A stretch of DNA of 58,431 nt, filler included, from Jimgerdemannia flammicorona (lineage: Eukaryota), in NCBI GenBank assembly GCA_003990765.1. It is 3 parts of 3 records of this genome, joined end to end, with 100 filler letters (N's around TTAATTAATTAA, not from the genome) between each part and the next. Parts side by side here need not be neighbours in the genome. Positions count along the whole stretch, not along the records: positions 19,516 to 38,925 come from RBNJ01001946.1; positions 39,026 to 58,431 come from RBNJ01001947.1; 1 more part is not named here. One strand, given 5' to 3'. Position 1 is the first letter of the stretch, and each line of letters begins with the position of its first letter. The translations under genes and the position numbers were made by a program. Shown here piece by piece: positions 34,651 through 44,724 of the stretch. Below the pieces are notes generated by a model, which saw only the letters and a list, made by a program, of their open reading frames with translations, was not told the origin of the DNA and searched no databases.

Positions 34651-37231
34651 ATCTGTTCACACTAGTAAGTTCTTTATTTTTCTGATTTACTTCCTATTTA
34701 TTTCTGATTTTATTTTGATTTCTGATTCCTAATTATGTTTCTGTTTATTTTATTCTAAATATATATCTTAGATGTATAATATATTTTTTTTTAGTACCTT
34801 GTAGCTTAAAGGTGGATTAAAGACAGGTCTGTATCAGGTTAAATATGAGTCAGGGTCAGGTCATGTATATTTCTTAAGTTAGGTCACATATATTTCTCAG
34901 GTTGGGTTAAAGATGGATTATGTATAATTCTGGGTCAGATTAAAGAAGGGTGATGTACATTTCCAAGTTAGATTAAAGATGGGTGATATATAATTCCAGG
35001 TCAGATTAAAGACAGGTGATATATATTTCCGAGTTGGATTAAAGATGTATACAAGTCAGCTCAGATTACAATGCACTATCTGTGACTTTGGTTTAACTCA
35101 GCTTCATGATCTTGTATGAGATTTCTGGATTTGTTCAGAGGGTAATATGTGATTTCAGTAGCTTAGAGGTTGTATACTTATAGATAATGATACTTTTTTC
35201 TATAGTAGCAGAGGTTAGTATTGTAGCAAATATATTCAGTTTAACTGTTAAGTTCCTGTGAGCTGAAAAGATATATATACTTAAAGAAATTATCCCAGTT
35301 GATCCTCTAAATATAACATATCAGCTCAATAGAGAAAAATTATAAGATTGAGGCTACTATGTATTTTGGCTTGAGCTCTCAGTTACTCTATCAAAAAGCA
35401 ACAAAATTTTCAATAGTTTCTGGTACAAATTTATATAATATAAGTAATTTGAGAATTTTCTTATTAAGTTAAATTCTTAATTATAGTAGTAATTTAATAA
35501 TTTTAGCAGTTTTCTTCTTAAATAGTAGTAGATAATTCTTATATAGCACAAGTGGCTTCATTATATATATAATTTCTGTATCTATTTTCAAAAGTATATA
35601 ATTTTTCATATAATAATCTAGATCTTGGCATTATATAGATAATTAAGCAGACTTCTTAATATTAAAGTGGAGACCAGAGTAGAAATAAGATATAACTCAC
35701 TATCTCTTAAGTAGTGACTATAGATTGGGCATTTTTTCTATGTATTATAATCCTTCCTAAATCAAGTAGCTCTTGGTAGATATATCTCTCAAAGTATATT
35801 AGACAAACTTGTTTTTTGCTTTTGAACTTTTCAGACTGATATTTATTTAGTCTTACATATCTCTGGGATTTTTTATATAGTTGTAGTTACTATCTAGTTA
35901 CTATATGACTAATTATAGAATATATAGTAATGTTATTTAGAAAAGATAGTGACTAGATATATCTACTGTATAAAGATATATTAGGTGGGCACAGATATAT
36001 ATATCTAATGGGCACAGGTATATCTGATAGTATCCTTAGATATAGATTAATAAATCTAATTTAATATCTTTGACTAACAATATTAGTGGTAGTATATGTG
36101 GGTAATTAGATATATATAGGTGACTATACTATACTAAGTATTACATCATCTAGCTATACAATGTTATTTGCTTATTACAGTAGTTATAGAAAGTATGACC
36201 TCTTATTCCTTCAGGGGAACAGTATTCCTTTAGAGAATAGTATACTTTCAGAAGAGAGTATATTCTTAGTGAATAGCATATCCCAATTTAATATATCTGA
36301 TTATTTATATAAATTGATACCATATATAGATAATAATGTGAGATAAATATGCTAAGTATTCTTTATACATCATTTAGCTATACTATAGTATTTGCTCATC
36401 ACAATACTTATTATTTGACTTTGATAGTATCCCCTCTGATTAAGCAGCATCTAGACTTTCTTTTATTATATAATGTTTTCAAATAACATCTTAATAAATT
36501 TTGATATCTTTGCTCTAATATCAGAATATTTGAAGCCTAAAGTACCCCAAGGGTAAAATGGATTATAAAGAATTTTGTATGTCTCTTTCTGGATTGTGAA
36601 AACATTAGTGCTTAATCTTGGCCACCATATATGTGCCCAGCATTATATCCATTTTCGTGCCCATGTATCACACTAGGTCATATTACACATTTGTAACTTA
36701 TTCGAAATACCTTCTGCTGAAAAGACGAACCCCTCGGTTTCTGTCCGTTGCTGAGATTCCCTGTCACAAAGAATCTTAACGTCAGGAACGCCACTCTAAA
36801 CCCCACGGTAACGAATTTCCCTCCATCGCCGAGATTCCCATCGATGAGATTCCATTGATATGAAGGAAACTCATCCAGTGGATTTGGGCGAGTTTCTTTC
36901 AAGTTATGATGTCCATCGGATCAACTTAATAATCAAAAGCGATCCACAGTGGTAGCAGTCAATAGAAATAACCGGGAGGAGTCGATTGATATGAATAAAC
37001 CAAAGGAATTTGGAGATACCGAGGACGGCGGATTTCGTGGTAGTTAGCTCTATTATGCCAAATCTCAAACAAGATGTAAGAAGGGCTCGCTATCCATCAC
37101 CCACACTTTAGTCAATCACCGATGATGTCAGCCATGGTCAGGCAGCCAGCCAAAGACTAGGAAATCTGAATCGACGAACTGTGAAATTTAAGTAGTGATG
37201 TCTCTCTTTCGCCAAGGACTCTCTTTCCATC

Positions 37232-38222
37232 ATGGCCCGCGGAAGCAATCGTAACAGAAATAGCCACTCCCAATCCCAGCCACATTCTCAACATCCCTCG
37301 CAACCACAATCCCACCCTCAACCTCTCTCCCAAAGCCAGTCCCTCTCTCAAGACCTCTCCCAACGCCAGTCCGGCTCTCAACCCAGCTCCAAATATCGGT
37401 CTCACTCTCTACCCAGCCCGCAACTTCAGTCCCACTCCCAATCCCGCGCCAACAATCGCCTTCCTAAAACCCGCCGTCCGAATAACCGTCGCCGGAACAC
37501 CGCTCATCCGAATACCCACCCTCGGAATACAAGCCATCCGTATATCCGCCCTCGGGATACCGGCCGTCCGATTACCCTTCATACAAATACGGAGTCCCGC
37601 GACAAAAACGCTCCCTCAGCTCCCTTAGTTATTGAAACGTCGACGGAAGACTGGGAGTGGGCAGAGGACACCCTACTTTCCGCCTCGGAGACGTTGGCGG
37701 AATTAGCAAAATCGGAAGATAATAAGGTAAATAAAGAGTTTGAGTTGCGTATACAGATATACCTAAGAGTAATTTGTTGGGGATGCATGTCTAAGGTGTG
37801 CACTTGGACTATATGATCAGATGAAAGAGGAGGAGGAGGATAAGATGGTAGTGAAGAACGAGACAGAAGTGGATGAGGAGGATGAGGGGGAGGAGGACGA
37901 TTTCGAGGAGGATAATGAGAAGGAGGACGAGGACGAGTTGGGGGAAGAGGATGAGAAGGAGGAGGAGTATGAATTGGAAGAGGACGAGGAGGAGGAAGGG
38001 AAGGACAAGTTGGAGGAGGAGGATGACAAGGAGGAGGAAGACGAGCTGTGGGAGGAGAATCAGAAGGAGGAGGAGTATAAGTTGTTGGAGGAGGAGTATA
38101 AGTTTTTGGAGGAGGAGTATAAGTTGTTGGAGGAGGAGTATAAGTTGTTGGAGGAGGATGAAGGACAACTTGGAGGAGGAGGATTAGAAAGAGGAGGAGA
38201 GGGAGATGGGAAGGAAGAGTAG
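37232..38222 (+). CDS. Hypothetical ~298-aa low-complexity protein; exons 37232-37726 and 37821-38222
   Basis: ATG in a CpG-rich island; phase-0 intron AAG/GTAAAT..GATCAG/ATG joins an S/Q/R/N-rich half to an E/D-rich half with a 21-bp repeat (EEEYKLL x4). Confidence 0.55.
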
Positions 38223-38925
38223 GAAGAAGAAAATGATGATGAGCGACTATACAAAGTAGGTTGAATTTCCTTTTATTACACATGCCCAAAATCTTCTCTA
38301 AATCTCACCTCAATCTATATATCATCTCCAACGGCGAAAGTGTGACCCAGAGGTGGCCGGTCCTCCTTGACAAAATTAGTGGTTGGAATCGAGTACTAAT
38401 ATAATGGAACTACGACCACAAATTGCATCGTTACCTGTAGATCGTTGCTATATACATGTTGAACCTTGTCCATTCCAGCTCTTTGATTTTAAATGCACTA
38501 CGTTTAATTCTTCCACATTTTATGCCACCACGACATGCTGACATTTTTGCGTTCCGTATAACGCAAAATATATTTTTTCAGCTGAAGTTTATATTCACTT
38601 CACACCACTCTATAAAGCCAGTTGGCAATTTGACGTAGTGATATTCATTGAATATAAACACCGAACAAAGCACAGCGAGTGCACGAATGCAAAGAGCTAA
38701 AGCTGTAGGACGCGTTTCGTTCTCGTCATCCTCACCAAATAATTTATCGTTTTGAGAGAGATTGTTGGACCTACTTGAGAAGCTACTCAGGCAGAATACC
38801 AACTGATTACATTGAAATTTATTGGTAACCATTACTCCAACGTTTTCTATTATGATCACCAAATCGATCTGTCTATCTACACCTGTCCCGTCTGTGAACA
38901 TTTGTTTTTTTTTTTTTTTTTTTTT

Positions 38926-39025
38926 NNNNNNNNNNNNNNNNNNNNNNNNNNNNNNNNNNNNNNNNNNNNTTAATTAATTAANNNNNNNNNNNNNNNNNNN
39001 NNNNNNNNNNNNNNNNNNNNNNNNN
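38926..39025. other. Artificial assembly spacer
   Basis: 100-nt N-run with a central TTAATTAATTAA. Confidence 0.95.
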
Positions 39026-40899
39026 ATGTTCAGGATTTTCTGTATTTCAGGAAGTTCAAGAAACTAAGACCAGCTTAGTTGAATTGGCGTATCGCTGCAG
39101 ACAATACCCAATTAGGAAATTTCGTGATGGGGTTAGGAGTAGGACCTAACAGAGAGCGGATTTACTTAAGAGTAGTTTGTGGGTTATGGAATAGGTTTAT
39201 TTGCTATTCATGATATTGCTATACTAGGAGTAGTTGTGTGAAGGAATATTGTGGAGAAGTATTCAGGAATGTTCTTGTGTGTTTGAGTCTGAGATTCTGA
39301 GGTCTGGGGGAGGGGGTATTTATACTAGTGAGGGGCTATCTGGACTATGCTAAATATGGATGTAGCACTAAGTGCCTTGCTGAGTCGGAATGCAGTCACG
39401 TAGTACAAGTGTGATCTGATATGTCAAGAGATCGTCTGACTGCTGAGTCAGTTCACAGTCACGTCGTACAAGGCTAATCTAACTATACTATGACTGCTAG
39501 GCTATTTATAGTTTTAGGCGCTGTCTGGGTAGTCTTCGATGACATCACCATCGATTGCATCATCTCTGATAAAGTAGTCATCTAGGAAGAGTGGTTCACG
39601 GATTACTTCTCCTTGTTGGCTGAGGTAGTAATATATTGGGACTTCATCTCCATCCCACAGGATAGCATCGTCTGTTTCATATACTGGATAAGGTGTTGGT
39701 GGGCGAAGGATAGGTGTACTGTCTTCACTTTCATCGGATTCACTATCTGCGTACCTTCTATAGGTTACAGCACTATGAGTCGCGGGGTTGTAGTAAGCTG
39801 GCGGCTGTGATTCAAGTTGCTTATACTCGGGTGGTGGAGTGGTTGGTTCAATCTCGAGGGTTGTCTGAAGGTACAGGTTGTGTTCTCCGGTCTCTTCATT
39901 GTAATTGAAGTAATCAGGGGTAAATGCAGGTTGGTATTTGTGCCAGTGGTCATTGTCCCAATAAGTCTCGTATGTTGTTATGAACTGTTGTAAGTTCATC
40001 GGCAAGGTTGGCGGAGTGATCAGGGTTGGTAGAGATCCTTGACTAGAGGTCATGTCAGCATCAGAGGGATCATTGTCTTCTGCTTCATCTTCATCGAAGT
40101 GGATTATATCATAGACGTCCTTCATAGCATATCCGACTTGAGGCATTTGCAGGATGTGGTCATCAGGGTGCGGGAAGGTTCTGTCTGTGGTTTCGACATA
40201 CTCGAGGTATTTGTGGTTGATTTCTTGTATCATGTCGTCGATTTGGCCGTAAGACAGGGTAGCAACCATTTCACTGGTAGTAACTCGGAGGCGGGGAATA
40301 AAGGTGTTGTACTCATAGAAGAGTTCTCGATGTTTGCGGGCGATGAGCTTCTGGTGTTGAGACATCTGGGTCATATCTGTATCGTGGTGGTGTTCGATCA
40401 TGTCTTCCAAGAGGTGGCCGATCTGGTAGTAGCTTGAGATTTGTCTGATTCGGTGGGCCTCACTAAGCATGTTCAGGGCATTCCATCGGGCTTCCACGAA
40501 GTAGAGGGGGGCCAGGCTATAGATATTCATGAGGGGCAGAGGGGGTGTAGCTCAGTTGACAATGGCATTACAAATGTCAGCGCGGATGCAGTTGTAGATC
40601 TCAGTAGTCATATTTGTATGTTTGGAAGTTGTGGTTGTTGTTTGTTTTGGTTCTCTGATTCGACGCATCTTGGTGCTCAGTATATATGCATTTGGTCCTG
40701 ATTGGTAATATTCCATTTGTGTAGATCTTGTGTTCTGTGACTTCGTATTGACTCAGCTTTGTGCACTGTGACTTCGGTTTGACTCAGCTTCATGATCAAG
40801 CAGGTGATTTCTAGATTTATTCGGAGGTCGTGTGTGATTTCAGTAGCTTGTTCAGAGGGTGACATGTAATTTCGGTGGCTTGGGGGTTGTGCGCTTACA
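39026..40899 (-). mobile_element. Least-mutated LTR of the chromovirus family (copy C; solo or 5' LTR, cut by the gap)
   Basis: Minus strand begins TGTAAGCGCACAACCCCC at 40899 with no PPT upstream; collinear with the other LTRs; retains many CpGs. Confidence 0.92.
39514..40611 (-). CDS. LTR-encoded protein of unknown function: 338 aa open (39514-40530), 365 aa from ATG 40611 once one CGA>TGA is repaired
   Basis: Long ORF wholly inside the LTR. Both copy A LTRs have CGA at the single upstream stop, and the ATG (MTTEIYN..) is present at 17376, 20723, 29063 and 40611. Confidence 0.8.
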
Positions 40900-41658
40900 A
40901 AAGCTAAGTTAGAATGAAACTATTATAATAAAAATATCAAGTTGATAGAAGAATAAAGAAAGTTTATTGACCAGAATTATTCTATATTAAATAGTGAGAT
41001 TGTAACAATTTCATAGTCATATTTAGTCTTAATATATTTTCACATCTTTTAGTTAGTCTTTTCTTGTTATTTCTTAAATATTCTACTATATTCTGTCACC
41101 TTCTACTTGCTTAGAAACCTTTTCTCAGTACCCAGACACTACTAAAACATTCTTGTCTTTCCTTGGCACTAAGCATATTATCTTAGCTAGTTATGGAACC
41201 TTTCAGAGCATTGTAAAATAATATTAGTCAGCTTTGCCAAGAACCTATTTCTTAGCATTTCTCTTTTTTTTCCAAGATTCTTCTAGATCTTTCTTTCAGA
41301 TTATATATAAATATCCTTATTCTCTATCTGAATAAAGCTCAGAATATTTTCTCTCAGAAATCCTTAAAGAATACTTGAACCTATAAATATCTCTTCAAGT
41401 TACTTTAGGCCAACTAGAACTTCCAGATTTAGCTACTTCTTTTTAAAGAAACTAAAACCATTATAGAGATACTATACTATAGTATTGATATAGTTACTTA
41501 TTATAATTATGACTGAGCTCAAAATATTCATATTTCTTATTTAGATCTGTAAATCAGTAATTAGTACTCACAAGATATATTTTTTTGATATCCAAGATAA
41601 GATGGTACATAAGTATTATATTCTTAATAAGAACAAGCTTCTTAGAAAAGATTCAAAT

Positions 41659-42041
41659 TAGTGCTCCCAATGAATCGAATCGAATCGAATTTGGCCCAAA
41701 CTCAATTCGATTTGATTGAATCAAGGGTCTAATTCAATTTGATTTGAATCGAATCAAAGGTCCAATTCGATTCGAAGTTCGATTTGAACCTTAATTTTCA
41801 AAATGTAATAACTTGACGAAAACTCATCCAAATTTAATATATTTTAGCTTGTTAGATTCACTGTATTAATGTGATTCTAACAAGCTAAAGTACGTTAGAT
41901 TTGGATGAGTTTATGCTGAGTTATTGCATTTTGAAAATTAGGGTTTGAATCAGACCCTCAATTTGATTCAACTTTTGATTCGATTCGAATTGATTCAAAT
42001 TGAAAAATCCCCAATTCGATTCGACTCATTTGGGAGCACTA
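41659..42041. mobile_element. hAT-type MITE (383 bp)
   Basis: TIRs TAGTGCTCCCAA / TTGGGAGCACTA; degenerate 8-bp TSD ATTCAAAT / GTTTAAAT; GAATC subterminal repeats; palindromic interior. Confidence 0.85.
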
Positions 42042-44628
42042 GTTTAAATAATATACTTAACCTAGTCTTCAATAGAATTAAGTAATTAAATAAAGATAAA
42101 AAATATTTAAAAATTACTTACAATAATGTAGATAGATAAAATAAAAACAATACTACTCTTTGATTTTATTTATATTTGATAATTTGTAAGTATTATAAAA
42201 GTATTAAATTAAACTTCATAGTTTTTAGCTATAATAAATCCAAATATAATGATAGTTTTAAACTGATCAAAAGACTTTATTGTAAGACAATTTTAGATTA
42301 TATAGATTATATTACAGATATAATAAAAAGATCTAGTATTGCTAGACTAAATAAAGTTTGGTATTATATATATATAATAATAAAGAAGAGTTTCAATATT
42401 TAGATATTTTAAATAGTTTGGCAACATACTTTCAGAAGGTACTGAGCATATAAAAGTTTTAGCATTTTTTTTTACCAGTACTAACCTGAGTATGATCTAA
42501 GTCTAAGAAGTAGCCAATAATCCTTTTTAGAAATTTAAGCTACTAAAGACTAGTAAATCTGAGACTTTAAAGATCTTAGAAAAAATCAAGGCCTTATCAT
42601 TTCCAGTATTAGTATACCTTCTTTAATAAAGTATAAATAGTAAGAATATCTTTATTATAATATTTATCCATTTGTAAAAAATGAATTCAAAGATATTACT
42701 TGTCTAAAACCATCAATATCCAGCAATATGAATAAGTAAAATAATTATTATAAATAGCAAACAATTTTGATTTAATATTGCTAGTAGTTTCTTAAAAATA
42801 ATATATACTTTTTCCAATAATGATTCAAAATATAATATTCACTCTTATTAAAAATAAATTATTATTGCTATATCAAAAAAAAAAAAATACATAACTTGTG
42901 AAAAGGCTTATTTTTCTTTACAAAAGAACCAACTCAAAAGCTGACTATCTAATCTAGATAGAATCATTTTTTCTTTAGTTAATTATCACCCTAATGCTAA
43001 AGCTTATATAGTAGTAATTACTAAATATCATATAGAAGATTTAAGGAGTTTAACTAACTGAGAATGAGCAGATATATTACTAGTCTTAAAAGATAGTATC
43101 AAAAAAAATTAATAAGATTTATTGTCCAGTAGGTTATTTCTTAGAAATTTCTCATTTTTATATGTAGGTAGTACTTAGTATAAGAAGTATTGAGGCAATG
43201 TTGAGACAGATTGAAAAAACAGTTGATATTACTGCATGGAAGAAAATGCCAAACAAACCACAACAGCTCTCCAGTCAGATTAGAATAGAGTGGTTGCTGA
43301 AAAGAGTGAAATAGTGGCTAAGTTATATGCTAATATGGGAATTACAGGCATCTCCACTAAGGCTCACTTACCTAACAATATTAATGCTATCAACCAAAAA
43401 ACTTGAAAAGAAATTGGTGAAATGCTCAAAGAGTTAATGCAGAAGATGGAAGATAAAGATGCTTGTCATGATTTCACTATTAAAATTTGACTTTGAGAAG
43501 AGTGAAATCTTAAAAATGAAGAATCAAAAACTCCTGCAGCTTTTGTCAATGTTATCATAATTCTGAGCTGGTAGTTGGTTTATTTTCTAGATACAAACTG
43601 TAAAGGTGATGACTACCAAATGAAGCATGACCTACTGATAACAAAATTTCAGGCACTATGGAAAGCGAACGTATTGCCGAAAAACTCCGTGATCCTGAAG
43701 GTTATGCTAAAATCTGAGGTAGGAAAACAACTGAATTAGAAAGAAAAATATCATCTTTATGGCTATTACCAGCCATCTTGGCTACGGCCGGGATAACAGC
43801 GATGGTATGCTGGATGCAATGAGGAGGCCTGCCAAGAGGCAAGGAAAATAGCGTCTTTTCAACCACCAAAGCCACAATTGCTCGATGTTCACTTTGTCTG
43901 GTTTTTGTTGTAGCACGCCCCATATATATCTTTAAAACTGGTTATTCTATTTTAGTAAGTGATGGGCTTGTTAAGGTTAATAAGGATATTTTTGTAGGTT
44001 TATTTATAAGTTTTAAGTTAATCATAAAAGTATAAAAACACAATTTCTGACATTTACAAAGTGATAAATATAAAATTATATATTTGCATCAATTTTAGAG
44101 CATTTTTGATGATTGAAAGTTTAATACCTATATTTTTGGTCATGGCAGCTGTTGTTTTTGAAGGGTGATCTGCTATTTGAAGTACAAAGTTGGTTACCGT
44201 CCTGCCGGCCATACCGTCATTGTTTATGAAGTGGTCAACACGGTGATTCGTTCGGCGATGAGCACCATGACAACAAGCATACAATGGGCGGAATCGGCAA
44301 CGCATGATTGGGGACAGGGGTGTGTGGAAGTACAGCGGTGTTGGGGCCCGCTGATTGACACCGAGCCGGATGTCCATAAGCAAGGTCTCGGGAGGATCGG
44401 AGTGAGGGGATTTGGGGTGGGTAACACGGGGTCAGTTTGACAAGAACGATGATCATGAGCATATCGGGCGCGGAATGGCCATATTCGGGCAGCCAGGATG
44501 TGGCCGTAAATTGGTCTCAAAAATTTTCGGATTTCCGTCCGTCAGGAATCCGCCTCCATTAAGGAATCCTTCACATGCAACATCGACTTTGACGACATTT
44601 TAAAGGGCCCAACATCGGCCTTCCCCCC

Positions 44629-44692
44629 CTTCTCTCATCCTTTCGTTTCTTTCTCTCATCCTTTCGTTTCTTTCTCTCATCCTTTCTTTTCT
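44629..44692 (+). repeat. ~21-bp pyrimidine tandem repeat x3 just upstream of the GH9-like gene
   Basis: TTCTCTCATCCTTTCGTTTCT repeated three times, the last imperfect. Confidence 0.8.
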
Positions 44693-44724
44693 TCCACTCT
44701 CCCCCCTGCCGAACACTGAGCAGG

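Larger units (their letters stand above)
29235..35078 (-). mobile_element. hAT-superfamily DNA transposon (5.8 kb) inserted in the 5' LTR of copy B
   Basis: 8-bp TSD TCTATGAC (29227-29234) / TCTGTGAC (35079-35086); termini TAGTAC.. / ..GCACTA; ~33-bp subterminal repeats (CATCTTTAACCCAA-like) at 29300-29470, inverted at 34815-35046; LTR sequence resumes after the TSD. Confidence 0.9.
19688..35182 (-). mobile_element. Ty3/gypsy chromovirus copy B (more degenerate): partial 3' LTR 19688-20990, internal region 20991-27426, 5' LTR 27427-35182 split by a hAT insertion
   Basis: Reverse complement is collinear with copy A (chromodomain ~21440-21600, RT ~23560-24150, protease ~24540-24780, dUTPase ~24985-25395). 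LTR-ORF remnants at 19688-20723 and 28077-29063. Confidence 0.92.

Noticed and set aside
7423..35182. Copies A and B as one giant inverted-repeat element
   Set aside because: They are separated by an artificial spacer, copy A has its own TSD, and they differ in indels, so they are independent insertions.
37579..38289. Extensin-like Pro-rich minus-strand ORF (TTYTPPP repeats)
   Set aside because: It is the reverse complement of the GAG-rich acidic exon; the plus strand has a coherent ATG and intron. Not fully excluded without RNA data.
39514..40611. LTR ORF as an env gene
   Set aside because: No signal peptide, fusion peptide or TM helix, and it lies inside the LTR.
40900..43700. AT-rich tracts with fragmentary coding look (also 6430-7420, 19037-19415, 35183-36650)
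   Set aside because: Probably very old mutated repeats or pseudogenes, but no family motif could be read with confidence.
44054..44603. Cluster of short overlapping ORFs upstream of the GH9-like gene
   Set aside because: No motif, splice pattern or consistent strand; likely promoter or intergenic DNA.
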